Numbered from the stretch's first letter, positions 31,111 through 40,961 are shown. The stretch: DNA of 64,000 bases from Candidatus Aenigmatarchaeota archaeon (GCA_016198755.1 JACQIB010000005.1:48931-112930); one strand, 5' to 3'. The notes: generated from the letters alone by a model not told the origin. Numbers and translations: made by a program.

Positions 31111-31238
31111 TATTTTGTATTGTTTATCTTATATAATAAATAAGATTTGTAATACGAAAGATTTATTTATATTTAGACGGCAATGTCTATAGACAAAAAT
31201 GTCTAAAGTATAAAAACTAGCTCGAACATAGAAGATTT

Positions 31239-31964
31239 ATGAAAATAGAGGCTGTTAGCGAGAAGGGGTTTATTGACATGCCAAAACTCCTCTCCCCATT
31301 TGTAAGGAAAGAGATAAATGGGCAGTATGTATGTGTTCCAAAAATAACTGAGGAATTTAAGTGGGTTTTTACAAAGGAGTGTATGGCTACTGAAAAGCTG
31401 GATGGAACAAATGTAAGTATTGTTGTAAGAGGGGGGAAGATTATTGCTGTCTATAACAGGCTTAATCCAATTGACCTGTTTGCAAAGGGGAATAAGAGAT
31501 TTGCTGAGGGTATTTTGGAGGCTGTTGAACGAGGGTATATTGACCTGAAAAAGCTGAATGGGCAATACTTTGGGGAACTGATAGGACCACAGGTAAATGG
31601 GAACCCCTATGGTTTGGAGAAACACTTATGGATGTCGTTTGAGCAAATAAAAGAGCATTTGGGATTTAAGTTCTGGGGGGAGTTTGTGGAAGAATTAAAT
31701 GGGTTAACAGATGAGGAGGTGTATAAGAAGGTAAGTGAAGTGTTTAAAGGGTTGTGGAGCCTTTATAAAAGAAAGAGGGGGGTAAAGGGGGAGGTAAACG
31801 AGTATACAAAGTTCGGGGGGCTGGCTGCTGAGGGGATTGTTTTCTACAGGAGGGGGGCGGAGATAAAGCTTGCGAAGGTGGAGAACAGGATAACTACTTT
31901 AGAGCTCTGTAAATTGAGGAGGGATATGTTTGATTGGTTTAAGGGGGAGGGGCATGCACAGTAG
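31239..31964 (+). CDS. ATP-dependent RNA-ligase-like nucleotidyltransferase
   Basis: 241 aa. Motif I lysine in ATEKLDGTNVSI, motif IV-like AAEGIVFYR, motif V-like LCKLRRD. Short, Rnl-type architecture. Confidence 0.6.
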   Translation: MKIEAVSEKGFIDMPKLLSPFVRKEINGQYVCVPKITEEFKWVFTKECMATEKLDGTNVSIVVRGGKIIAVYNRLNPIDLFAKGNKRFAEGILEAVERGYIDLKKLNGQYFGELIGPQVNGNPYGLEKHLWMSFEQIKEHLGFKFWGEFVEELNGLTDEEVYKKVSEVFKGLWSLYKRKRGVKGEVNEYTKFGGLAAEGIVFYRRGAEIKLAKVENRITTLELCKLRRDMFDWFKGEGHAQ

Positions 31965-31975
31965 CTCATCTATAT

Positions 31976-32803
31976 CTATGATAAGGCTATCTTGAAAGAA
32001 TAGTGCCAAACATGCGGGGCATACGGTTTTATTCTGCGGTCTGTTATTTTTGCCCTGAACCCATGAGTTTGGCAGATTTTTTCTATTTTCTTTTTTGTCT
32101 TTTCCAAATCTTTCTCATGTATTTTTTTATGGAAGTGTATTATACAGCGCCTTTTGGCCATGTTGAGAGCTGCTGGCAAAAACTGCTCTGTATTATGCAA
32201 ATAGCCCATTATAATCCTGTCTGCCTTTTTTTCCAGAACTTTCGAAAAGTGCCTGCAGTCGCCCTCAAAAACTTCAATATTTTTTATTTTGTTAAGCAGA
32301 ATATTCTTTCTTAGGTATTTTACAGAAAGTGGGTTTAGTTCTATTGAATAGACTTTTGAAACTGGAGTGGTTTTTGCTATTGGAAGGGACCAGTATCCAA
32401 TTCCTGCAAACATATCCAGAACAGTTTCCTTCCTCTTTATTTCCCTGCAAATAATTTCCTTTTCCCCTTTGTTCCGTTCAGAGAACATTAACAACTCTGG
32501 GGGGAAGCTGTAAAGGACATTTAGTTCAGTGTGCACTATTTCTCTCTGCTTTTTCCCTGCCAGCAGCTCTGTTTTAGGCAGCCTGTAAACTCCATGTGAA
32601 CCTTTTAACATATAAACAGCTTTCACATAAGGATATATCTTCAGTATAGCTTTTCCTACCAGTTTTCTTTTCTTTAACAATATAGAATTTAGGTGCAGGA
32701 AAATTACGTTTCCCATCATAAGATAACTGTGTGGTAGGAGAGCCGTTTCTTTTTCAGAAAGCTTTGGCTTTAGAGTTTCTGAAAGAAGAGTGTAGAAGCT
32801 CAT
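31976..32803 (-). CDS. Met-10+/Trm5/Taw2-type SAM-dependent methyltransferase (second paralog)
   Basis: 275 aa. Motifs: YRLPKTELLAG; LDMFAGIGYWSLPIAK...VYSIELNPLSVKYLRKNILLN; ADRIIMG. Confidence 0.7.
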   Translation of the reverse strand: MSFYTLLSETLKPKLSEKETALLPHSYLMMGNVIFLHLNSILLKKRKLVGKAILKIYPYVKAVYMLKGSHGVYRLPKTELLAGKKQREIVHTELNVLYSFPPELLMFSERNKGEKEIICREIKRKETVLDMFAGIGYWSLPIAKTTPVSKVYSIELNPLSVKYLRKNILLNKIKNIEVFEGDCRHFSKVLEKKADRIIMGYLHNTEQFLPAALNMAKRRCIIHFHKKIHEKDLEKTKKKIEKICQTHGFRAKITDRRIKPYAPHVWHYSFKIALS

Positions 32804-32845
32804 TTCAAATCATTTGGTTGCAGAGGCTTTAAACCTTTTGTTCAA

Positions 32846-33862
32846 TTATCTGCGAGGCCTGCGTCTGGATCTCTCTGCAGTTTCCATGTCACGATGTACA
32901 GCTTCGGCTATTCTCTCATGCATGGGTCGTTGTGTCACAACAACTGGATCTCGTTCTCTAGCTGTTGCCAAAAATAATGATGACTCAGACAAAGGTTTTT
33001 TATTTCCAGTTGGATACGCAAGTTTGTTTTCTTCGTAAGCTACAGCACGCTGGAATGCTTTTCCATTGTTCCCTAAAGTAAACAGCCAAGCTTCCGTTGG
33101 AGTAAGCTCGTTTTCGCAATATCCATTCCATATTCCATAATCAAGTAATGGCAAAATTCTTCGTAAATGTTCCTCTGGACTGTTGCCTGGGGGATCTAAC
33201 TTCATTTCAGTTTCCATTTCCTTTATTTTTCCTGTCCTAAACTCCAAAGCCTGATTTTTTCCTGTCATACTGGAATAGAGTGATGTTTTCCAATGATAGC
33301 CTCCAAAAACACCTCTCACAGGCTTCAATATAGTCCATATTTCAGAGTTGTCATCTGATTCCAGCATTCTGCCGACAGTCAGATGATGTTCCCTATCTTT
33401 ATTAGCTGAATTATATGCCTGAGCATAAGGAACTCTTTTTTGAGCGGGTTTAAGTGGGTTTGGCATAACGTTCATATATATAGTCATTGATGGCTCCCTG
33501 CTTTCAACGTCTCTGTCAGAAATGCTCTTCTCATATTCTCTCAAAAGATATATTCTAACCGGGCTTCGCCTGCACGGTTTCTTCCACTTTTCTACAACAG
33601 CGAGTGGATCGGGATCTGCTGTTTTATCAGGAACTAACATGGGCATTAGAAAGCGGTCTACACCAAGAGAAGCTGCTAATTGCACAGGAACGTCAGAAGA
33701 AACATGAATATAGATATTGGTATCCGAAGGGCTTAGTACCAGACCATATGGCGGACTTACACCTAAACTTATTCTTCTGTTATCTTGGCTGTCATATATA
33801 ACATGATTTCCATTAGAATCTTTTTCCCCGATTTTTCTTACAGTTAATTCTGGCATGTCCAT
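32846..33862 (-). CDS. hypothetical protein
   Basis: 338 aa, clean ATG, basic C-terminus (RSRRRPRR). No motif recognised. Confidence 0.65.
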   Translation of the reverse strand: MDMPELTVRKIGEKDSNGNHVIYDSQDNRRISLGVSPPYGLVLSPSDTNIYIHVSSDVPVQLAASLGVDRFLMPMLVPDKTADPDPLAVVEKWKKPCRRSPVRIYLLREYEKSISDRDVESREPSMTIYMNVMPNPLKPAQKRVPYAQAYNSANKDREHHLTVGRMLESDDNSEIWTILKPVRGVFGGYHWKTSLYSSMTGKNQALEFRTGKIKEMETEMKLDPPGNSPEEHLRRILPLLDYGIWNGYCENELTPTEAWLFTLGNNGKAFQRAVAYEENKLAYPTGNKKPLSESSLFLATARERDPVVVTQRPMHERIAEAVHRDMETAERSRRRPRR

Positions 33863-33887
33863 ACTTTTCTTACATACAAGAAGTTAT

Positions 33888-34136
33888 TTAAGCATTGGTT
33901 TTTTTGGTGCTATATTTTTTCCAGCGCGCTATCATCCTTTTTCTTTTAATCCAGTCTTTCAAAATATAGAAGTGCTCCACATATTCTTCTATAAAACTAA
34001 ACAAAATAGCCAGTATTGCTATTATTGCTAAAACTTCAAAGGAGAGTTTTCCACCAGAGACAAAAACAGCTATTATATCCTCTATCAAACCAACAAAAAA
34101 GAAGAGCACAAAAAGCTCTATTTTTTTCAATTCCAT
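33888..34136 (-). CDS. small membrane protein
   Basis: 82 aa with two hydrophobic helices and a basic tail (KRKRMIARWKKYSTKK). Confidence 0.5.
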   Translation of the reverse strand: MELKKIELFVLFFFVGLIEDIIAVFVSGGKLSFEVLAIIAILAILFSFIEEYVEHFYILKDWIKRKRMIARWKKYSTKKTNA

Positions 34137-34166
34137 ATGTAAATTAGGATTTGCAGCTTTAAAAGT

Positions 34167-35945
34167 TTACTGCTTACTTTCCACAGGAACCGGGCATGCA
34201 TGGTCTGCGCATTCAACGCAAACAGCTTTGTTTTCAACCTGCAAAACTTCTGCATCCCTTGAGCCAGATCTGTAAACTGTTATTCCCTTGCATCCGGTTT
34301 TCCATGCCTGAATATAGGCTGCTGCAACATCTTCTTTCGTGGCTGTAAATGAAAAATTTATTGTCTTTGAGACTGAATTATCACACCAGCGCTGGAAAGC
34401 AGACTGCATTTTCACGTGCCACTCCACAGATATTTGAGCTGAGATAACAAAAGTCTTTTTCAGTTCATCCGGAAGGTTTGCAGGACAGGAACCTGTCTTG
34501 ACCATTTCTTTTAACAGTTCAGGACTCCACAAACCAGCTGCTTTTAACTTTTCTTCGAAAACAGGGTTAACCTCATACAAAGTTTCACCATCCAGAACAT
34601 TTCTTTTGAAAGCTAATGCAAATGTAGGTTCTATTCCACTGCTACAACCTGCAATAATGCTTATTGTTCCTGTGGGAGCAATTGTAGTTACAGTGCTGTT
34701 TCTGATTGATGGTCCGCCTGAGTAAATACTTGCACGGAAAGCTGGGAATGAACCGCGCTCTTCTGCCAAAACAATAGAAGCTTTCTTTGCTTCAGTTTGT
34801 ACAAACTGCATTATTTGTTCCCCAGTTAAGACGGCTGCTTCAGAGTTATAGGGAATTCCCATTTTGAAAAGTAAATCAGCAAAGCCCATTACACCCAAAC
34901 CAATTTTTCGCGTAGTTTTGGTCATATCCTCTACTGATGGAAGCGGGTGTTTGCTCACACTTATTATATTGTCTAAAAAGTGAACCGCAGACCAGATTGT
35001 TTTTCTCAGTTTATCCCAGTCTACTCCATTTGAGAAATGGTTCGATATATTTATTGAACCCAAATTGCAGGACTCATACGGTAAAAGCGGGAGTTCGCCA
35101 CAAGGATTAGTTGCAATCATTTGACCTAAAGCAGGTGTTGGATTGTATTTGTTTACAATATCCAAAAATATTGCTCCCGGCTCCCCGTTTTTCCAAGCAC
35201 CCTCAATAATCTCGTTAAAAAGCTCGTGCGCAGGAATTGTTTTCACAATTTTTCCATCATGCGGATCTGTCAGATCCCAGCCTTTCCCGCTTTCAACAGC
35301 CTCCATAAAAGCATCTGTTATTCCAACGGAAATATTGAAATTTGTTATTTCATTTTCCTTTTCTTTGCAGTGGATAAACTCCAAAATATCCGGATGGTCG
35401 CAGTTCATTATTCCCATATTAGCTCCCCCTCGGGCTAAACCCTGCCTCACAGCTTTCAGAGCCGCAGAGTATATTTTAAGGAAAATAACTGGACCCGCTG
35501 CAACATCAGCAGTGTTCCTGACTGTTGCGCCTTTGTGCCTTATTTTGGAAAAGTTAAATCCTGTCCCGCCTCCGGCCTTCTGTATTTTAACTGCATCTTT
35601 CAGCGTGGAAAAAATACTGTCCATATTATCCTCTAAGGGAAGAACAAAACAAGCTGAGAGCATTCCAATATCTGTACCAGCGTTAAGGAGAGTGGGGGAA
35701 TTGGGAATAAAGTCCAAAGAACTGATAAGGTTGTAAAATTCCTGCTCCATTTTATCAATTTTAGCATTCTCGTTGTTAAGCAGATCCCCGGCTGCAATTG
35801 CCTTTGCAACTCTCCTGAACAACTCTTCAGGATTCTCCTTTGTACCGTCAGCTTTTGTGCGCAGGTATCTTTTATTCAGAACAGCCAGAGCATTCTCAGT
35901 AAGGGAAGGCATTTGTAGGGATTCTCGTGGGGGTTTATTAAGCAT
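34167..35945 (-). CDS. nrdJ: class II (adenosylcobalamin-dependent) ribonucleotide reductase
   Basis: N-terminus LTENALAVLNKRYL; active-site TNPCGELPLLPYESCNLGSINIS; C-terminal Cys cluster CVECADHAC. The track start at 35963 is TTG. In-frame ATGs lie at 35945 and 35912. No intein. Confidence 0.9.
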   Translation of the reverse strand: MLNKPPRESLQMPSLTENALAVLNKRYLRTKADGTKENPEELFRRVAKAIAAGDLLNNENAKIDKMEQEFYNLISSLDFIPNSPTLLNAGTDIGMLSACFVLPLEDNMDSIFSTLKDAVKIQKAGGGTGFNFSKIRHKGATVRNTADVAAGPVIFLKIYSAALKAVRQGLARGGANMGIMNCDHPDILEFIHCKEKENEITNFNISVGITDAFMEAVESGKGWDLTDPHDGKIVKTIPAHELFNEIIEGAWKNGEPGAIFLDIVNKYNPTPALGQMIATNPCGELPLLPYESCNLGSINISNHFSNGVDWDKLRKTIWSAVHFLDNIISVSKHPLPSVEDMTKTTRKIGLGVMGFADLLFKMGIPYNSEAAVLTGEQIMQFVQTEAKKASIVLAEERGSFPAFRASIYSGGPSIRNSTVTTIAPTGTISIIAGCSSGIEPTFALAFKRNVLDGETLYEVNPVFEEKLKAAGLWSPELLKEMVKTGSCPANLPDELKKTFVISAQISVEWHVKMQSAFQRWCDNSVSKTINFSFTATKEDVAAAYIQAWKTGCKGITVYRSGSRDAEVLQVENKAVCVECADHACPVPVESKQ

Positions 35946-36006
35946 TTCTGTGCTGGGAAGCAACTATGCAGGTTTCTATTTATAGGAAAAAAACACAACT
36001 TCTTTC

Positions 36007-36618
36007 ATGGAAATAACATTCAAAGGAAGGGAAATAATTTTCAACAAGGAGATGAATTTCCTGGACAAGCTGGTGGTGGAATTCTGCGGGATTTTGGAAG
36101 CTGCCGGCATAGAGTATGTTATTGTTTCGGGCTATGTTTCTATTTTATTTGGAAGGACTAGGACAACAGAAGATGTTGATATGTTTATTGAAAAGGTTTC
36201 CAAGGAGAAACTTGCGGGGGTTTTGGATGTGCTGGAAAAAAAGGGTTTTTGGGTAATAAATTCGGGTTCTGTTGATGATGCATTTGAAATTTTGAGCGAT
36301 AATATAGCCATACGGATTGCTAAAGCTGAAAAAACTCTGCCGAACTTCGAAGTAAAATTTGCAAAGAAAGACACAGATTTCTATTCCATGAAAAAAAGGC
36401 TGGCTGTAAATCTGCCTGATGGGAAAATATATATTTCACCAATAGAAATGCATATAGCATACAAGCTCTATTTGGGAAGTGAAAAGGATATGGAAGATGC
36501 TTATCATGTCTATAAATTATTGAAAAACAATATTGATATAGGAGAGCTTAAGAGGTTGATAAATATGTTGGGGGTTGAAAAACAGGCAAGGAGGGAGCTG
36601 GCTGGTTTGTATGTTTAA
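36007..36618 (+). CDS. putative minimal nucleotidyltransferase-fold protein
   Basis: 203 aa. YVIVSGYVSILFGRTRTTEDVDMFIE resembles the G-x-S...D-x-D NTase signature. Weak, by eye only. Confidence 0.4.
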   Translation: MEITFKGREIIFNKEMNFLDKLVVEFCGILEAAGIEYVIVSGYVSILFGRTRTTEDVDMFIEKVSKEKLAGVLDVLEKKGFWVINSGSVDDAFEILSDNIAIRIAKAEKTLPNFEVKFAKKDTDFYSMKKRLAVNLPDGKIYISPIEMHIAYKLYLGSEKDMEDAYHVYKLLKNNIDIGELKRLINMLGVEKQARRELAGLYV

Positions 36619-36769
36619 TCTCGAAGAGCTTGAAAAAGACAGGAAAATTAACAGGCTGGAGAGAAGAAAATTCATTGATCTCTGGATTGATTTTATGGAA
36701 AAAAACCCTAATTATATATGGAGCAGGCAGCATGCAGATTTTGTGGATATGGTCTACGGGAAGAAATGA
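36611..36769 (+). CDS. small hypothetical protein (52 aa)
   Basis: The ATG at 36611 overlaps the end of the preceding gene by 8 nt. MFNLEELEKDRKINRLERRKFIDLWIDFMEKNPNYIWSRQHADFVDMVYGKK. Could be a partner of the NTase-like gene. Confidence 0.3.
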   Translation: MFNLEELEKDRKINRLERRKFIDLWIDFMEKNPNYIWSRQHADFVDMVYGKK

Positions 36770-36830
36770 TATGATTAGAGAAGAACTTGAAATTTTGGAG
36801 TAATGTGAATCGGGGATTTGGAAGGTTTAA

Positions 36831-37346
36831 ATGCGCTTTCTCCAAGTATGTTGGATGCCAATAACTCCTTTCCACTGGTCTGTTCTGGCTTTAGGTTTTC
36901 TAGTCTTCAACAGCCTGTATCTGCCTGCTTTAGCAATCTCCTCTGTTATAATGGATATAGAACCTGCTTACTATATGTTTATTTCTCCAAGAGCAGATGG
37001 ACTGCTGCATGGATTTTTTCACACCTATATTGGAGTTACAATAATTGGATTGCTTGTTGGGTTTGTTCTTGTAAGGTTTAGGAAAAATGTAGATAGAATA
37101 ATGGGTTTTCTAAAAATTCCTCAGCAAAGCATAAGCAACAGGCTTGTTTATGTCTCCTCATTGCTGGCAGCTTTCTCACATGTTTTTCTGGATTCTTTCA
37201 TGCACTCGGATATGAAGCCTTTCTATCCGCTGCAGCAGAATCCTTTTTTGGGTTTGGTGAGTACTTTTGATATTTACCTTTTAACAGGAATTGTGCTGCT
37301 TTCTGTTCCTGTTCTTTATTTGATTAAGGTTGTGAGAAAGGCTTAG
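36831..37346 (+). CDS. membrane-bound metal-dependent hydrolase-like protein (DUF457/YdjM-like)
   Basis: Polytopic protein with His-rich motifs (PITPFHW, LLHGFFHTYIG, FSHVFLDSFMHSD). The alternative ATG at 36855 (MPITPFH...) may be the true start. Confidence 0.45.
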   Translation: MRFLQVCWMPITPFHWSVLALGFLVFNSLYLPALAISSVIMDIEPAYYMFISPRADGLLHGFFHTYIGVTIIGLLVGFVLVRFRKNVDRIMGFLKIPQQSISNRLVYVSSLLAAFSHVFLDSFMHSDMKPFYPLQQNPFLGLVSTFDIYLLTGIVLLSVPVLYLIKVVRKA

Positions 37347-37432
37347 TGAAAGCTATAATAAAGGCATTAGAATAATGCTTCTGACTCTGTGTAAAACTAA
37401 GCAAATCTACAAGCACTGACTAAGGAAGAGCT

Positions 37433-37717
37433 TTACTGCAAAATTTTCATTGCAGTTGTTAATGCTCCTATCAGGGCAGATACCAAGCCTATGGCACCGA
37501 AAATTGCAGAGCCAACTGAAAGGCTTGCTGCATAACCTGCCACAGAACTGAATCCACCTAATGCCTCGAATGCTGCAGCAAGCAGGAAGAAAACCCCACC
37601 TACAGCAATCCAGGCAAATCCTTTCTCAGCTCTTGCCCTAACCTTTGCAAATTCTGCCAGAGCTGGCGCCAAAATCAGCGAAATGCTGAATGCCACCAGC
37701 GAAAACTCTAGGGCCAT
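37433..37717 (-). CDS. small membrane protein
   Basis: 94 aa with 3 Ala/Gly-rich hydrophobic helices. Confidence 0.5.
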   Translation of the reverse strand: MALEFSLVAFSISLILAPALAEFAKVRARAEKGFAWIAVGGVFFLLAAAFEALGGFSSVAGYAASLSVGSAIFGAIGLVSALIGALTTAMKILQ

Positions 37718-37759
37718 GCTTTTCTATATGGGAGAACCAGTTAATAAGCGTTTCTTTGC

Positions 37760-38704
37760 CTAAAATCTCCTTATCTCCAGAGCTGCCTCATCAACTTTCC
37801 TTATGTATTTTTCTCTGTTTCCTGTAAAATCGACAAGCGTATATCTACTGACCTCATTGAATGGTTCTATAACCTGCTCAGCCATGAGCTGTTTTATATT
37901 GCCTTCTTCCATGCTTGTACTTGGGTCTGCCAAGCAATCTCTGACTAATTTTAAGCGTTCTCTGGTTACCTGCGCACTCCCCATCAGAGTTGCAATATAG
38001 TTCCAGTCTATATGATTTGATCTGTATGCAATGAGGTTTGCAACATCAGAAACGTCCTTTATCCATGTTTTAGGCGCTCCATTTTCATCCTTTATCCTCT
38101 GCATATTCGTGAGCTTAAATGCTATAAAGTCATTTACCCCCTGAAACCTGACATGCTGCCCGCCGATATTGGCTGTGCTGGCATGGCTTTCTAGTCCAGC
38201 TAATGCAACAGCTGGATCAGGAAATATCCCTCTGTTAAAATAACCTTTTGTATAAAAACCCGGATCTATAACATCCACAGCAAGCTCTGCTGGCAACTCT
38301 GTATTGCCATCTATAGGCTGCTTAAGCTGCACTGTTCCAACACGAATCTTCCTCTGACGTGGCCTGTCTTTGCCTGCTGCATCCTTTGTATATTTAGAAC
38401 TCCGCTGTTCATAGGTTGGACCTAGCCTTGAAACAACTCCTTCGTCCGTAAGTGTTGAATAAAAATCTACATCCCCAACATATCTCAGTCTTTTCCTGTG
38501 AGTTAGCCATTCGGGAGTGGGGTTTATAACCCTGCCAGCAGAAACAGCACTGCCGGAGAGCGCATCAAGCATATTCAGCTCATAAGCACAGCCCCCAGTT
38601 ACTATTCCTCCTCCCAGTATTCTTGAAACATCAGACTCAACTCCCAGCCTTACTTCAAAAGGTATAAACTGTTCGCTCAGGGATTTCGGTTCCATTTCTG
38701 ACAT
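37760..38704 (-). CDS. hypothetical protein, possibly a distant AbiEii-like nucleotidyltransferase
   Basis: 314 aa. IVTGGCAYELNMLDA...RLRYVGDVDFY loosely parallels KGGTALKKCYG...RFSEDLDFT of AbiEii. Speculative. Confidence 0.6.
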   Translation of the reverse strand: MSEMEPKSLSEQFIPFEVRLGVESDVSRILGGGIVTGGCAYELNMLDALSGSAVSAGRVINPTPEWLTHRKRLRYVGDVDFYSTLTDEGVVSRLGPTYEQRSSKYTKDAAGKDRPRQRKIRVGTVQLKQPIDGNTELPAELAVDVIDPGFYTKGYFNRGIFPDPAVALAGLESHASTANIGGQHVRFQGVNDFIAFKLTNMQRIKDENGAPKTWIKDVSDVANLIAYRSNHIDWNYIATLMGSAQVTRERLKLVRDCLADPSTSMEEGNIKQLMAEQVIEPFNEVSRYTLVDFTGNREKYIRKVDEAALEIRRF

Positions 38705-38852
38705 AATAATTATTGGGGAGAAAAGCTTAAATCAGACCCTGATAGTAACAGAGGTTTTATGCACCTCTAATAAACCAACACTGCAATGCGACTTCAATCA
38801 TTAATGTGCTGCAAATTACGCCGTAAAGGTATAAAAAGATGTTCTTTGTATG

Positions 38853-39434
38853 CTATTTTATTTTACTCTCTACAGACCTTAGTGCATCAGAAAACTCTCT
38901 CTGAGCCTGCTCTACCGATCCCGTGTTCTGGATAACATGCAATTGCAATCCTGCGGCATTTGAATAATACTCTGCTGCACGCCTTTCCATATGCAGTTCG
39001 TACTCTACTACAGCTAGGTCTTTAGATCTCCTTTCTCCAGCATCACTGTGGTCTGCCACCCTCCTTGCAAGCACTTGTTCTGGTGCTGCCTCAACCAAAA
39101 GATAACCTGTGATATGGTTCTTGGCTAACCAGTCGGGTATTCCCATCTCCCAACTACGTGGCATAGTACCGTCCATTATTAGAATTGTGTAATGGGAATC
39201 TACAATCACCTTTCGATTTGCCCTAGCAATTGCCTTAAAGGTTTCATCCCCAACCCTTGCCCGCTCGTCATAAGGCAATCTATTGAGCATATCATTAGTA
39301 ATACCATACTGGTTTGCATACCTAACCATCTCCTTGCTGACCGATACAACATCCCGCCCCAGCAAGTCCGCACCTTTTATTATGGTGCTTTTTCCAACAG
39401 CGTGCACTCCTCCAATCCAGACAGCATCAACCAT
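38853..39434 (-). CDS. adkA: archaeal-type adenylate-kinase-like P-loop kinase
   Basis: 193 aa. P-loop GGVHAVGKST. Colinear with my recollection of archaeal AdkA (VDSHYTI...GIPDWL...LLVEAAPEQVLARR...VIQNTGSVEQA). Confidence 0.55.
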   Translation of the reverse strand: MVDAVWIGGVHAVGKSTIIKGADLLGRDVVSVSKEMVRYANQYGITNDMLNRLPYDERARVGDETFKAIARANRKVIVDSHYTILIMDGTMPRSWEMGIPDWLAKNHITGYLLVEAAPEQVLARRVADHSDAGERRSKDLAVVEYELHMERRAAEYYSNAAGLQLHVIQNTGSVEQAQREFSDALRSVESKIK

Positions 39435-39471
39435 TTTATCTATATAATAATAAAAAACAAATCTATTTAAA

Positions 39472-40041
39472 TCATCCTCTGAAAGTCTGGGATTGGAAAC
39501 TGTAGAGTTTTATTGGATTTGTTTTCCAGCCGTCTGGAGGCAGGTTTACTTTCTTTGCTAAATTTTCTAAAAATTCTTCAGTTGTCCACTTGTTTTGGAT
39601 AGGAGTGGATGGAAGGAAAATTCCTCCTAAAGATTTATGCTGCATTATTAGCCCATCTGTGGCAATCCTGATTTGTTTAATATAATCATGCGGATCTTTT
39701 GCAAGCAAAAGGTCAGGTTCTGTCAAAATAGAAAGTTCTATTGTTAGCATTGGAAGGTCCTGCAACTCAAGCTGCGGGTAAGTTTTGTCCTGAGAAGCTG
39801 AAATAACAGCATCTGTTGAGGTTTTTATCAAAGAATCTGTTGGGAACGGTATTCCCTTAGAACCTCTTAACTGTTTTTCCAGCCCAATTTTTTTGTAAAG
39901 CTTTACATAAACCCCGTGCTTTTCCTTTAGCTCTGGGGATAGAACACGCGGGAAGTCTATTACCCTTCTGTGCCTTAAGTAAAGCTCAAGAGCCTGCCTG
40001 CAAAACCCAGTCAAAAACCTGCCTGTTTCTTCTGAAACCAT
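39472..40041 (-). CDS. AMMECR1-domain-like protein (degenerate)
   Basis: 189 aa. HGVYVKLYK...QLRGSKGIPFP parallels the FVTL...LRGCIG core, but the Cys is replaced. Followed by ...TIELSILTEPD. Confidence 0.5.
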   Translation of the reverse strand: MVSEETGRFLTGFCRQALELYLRHRRVIDFPRVLSPELKEKHGVYVKLYKKIGLEKQLRGSKGIPFPTDSLIKTSTDAVISASQDKTYPQLELQDLPMLTIELSILTEPDLLLAKDPHDYIKQIRIATDGLIMQHKSLGGIFLPSTPIQNKWTTEEFLENLAKKVNLPPDGWKTNPIKLYSFQSQTFRG

Positions 40042-40085
40042 GTTAATCTATTGTTTTACAAGAATAAAAGGGTTTGAAAATTAGG

Positions 40086-40838
40086 CTAGGTGCGTGTCAA
40101 AGCCAATCTGGAATGTGTTGGCCTGTAATGTGTAAGAATAGATAAAGCATCATCATAAACAATAACAGGCTCACCGCTCTCTAAACTAATTCTTGGGGAA
40201 GCCCAGCCATCATCGCCGAAAGTTAAGCTTCTTATTGATGGAAATATCTCAAGTTCCTCCTCTATGTTTTCTGCTGTTACATCGCCCTTTAAAACTATTA
40301 TTCCCTCCCTTGTTTTCACACTAGCAACGCCTCTTATTCCCATAGTTCTTGTTATGTCAACAACAGTTGGCACAACCTCACCGGTTTTTGAAACAGTTAT
40401 TGTTGGCTTTTTAGCTACTATTCCTGAACTGTGCACGAGAGGGCCATATAAATGCTCAGGAGCTTCCCCGTAGTTTCTTCCGGACTTACTTTCTTTCAAC
40501 AGTACCTTTCCAAATTCATCAGAATCCTGCAAACCAACCAAGCTAGCTTCCCATGTTTGCCCCCTGTATCTTGGTATTTGTAAGTGGGAAATAAGATAAA
40601 CTGCCTGAGCCCATTCTACTCTGACTGTTCTATCAGGGCCAGCAAACATTTCTTTCAGGTAGGCTGGCGTTGATTCCTTTAACATTAAGGGAGATCCTAA
40701 GCACCTCCCATTAGGCAGTCTGGTATAGTTGCCAGTTGTTACAGAACCAGAATATCCCCAACCATAGCCGCGCTCCATTGGTGGAAGAGATATTTGTCCA
40801 GTAAACCTGTTTAGAAGTGCAACATTTGTTTTGGGCAT
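40086..40838 (-). CDS. hypothetical protein
   Basis: The track start at 40952 is GTG with a low-complexity leader. The ATG at 40838 gives MPKTNVALLNRF.... No motif recognised. Confidence 0.6.
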   Translation of the reverse strand: MPKTNVALLNRFTGQISLPPMERGYGWGYSGSVTTGNYTRLPNGRCLGSPLMLKESTPAYLKEMFAGPDRTVRVEWAQAVYLISHLQIPRYRGQTWEASLVGLQDSDEFGKVLLKESKSGRNYGEAPEHLYGPLVHSSGIVAKKPTITVSKTGEVVPTVVDITRTMGIRGVASVKTREGIIVLKGDVTAENIEEELEIFPSIRSLTFGDDGWASPRISLESGEPVIVYDDALSILTHYRPTHSRLALTRT

Positions 40839-40961
40839 TAGAGATAAAGTGCAGAAAAGAGATTTAAGCTTGCAGAGACCGCTGCAAGCGCCGAATGGAA
40901 AAGAAGAAGAAAAAACACGAAAAAATTCGGTTTTTTGGGTCTCGGAAAGCACTTGGCTCCC

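Noticed and set aside
31111-31238. Short palindromes and repeats (gtctatagac, atgtcta x2, imperfect aaataagattt/aaagatttattt) in the trm5 / RNA-ligase spacer
   Set aside because: They are short, imperfect, and expected by chance in AT-rich promoter DNA. Support is insufficient for an operator or ncRNA call.
31203-31625. Minus-strand 140-aa ORF overlapping the RNA-ligase-like gene
   Set aside because: The plus-strand frame carries ligase motifs I, IV and V. The minus ORF is a low-complexity antisense frame.
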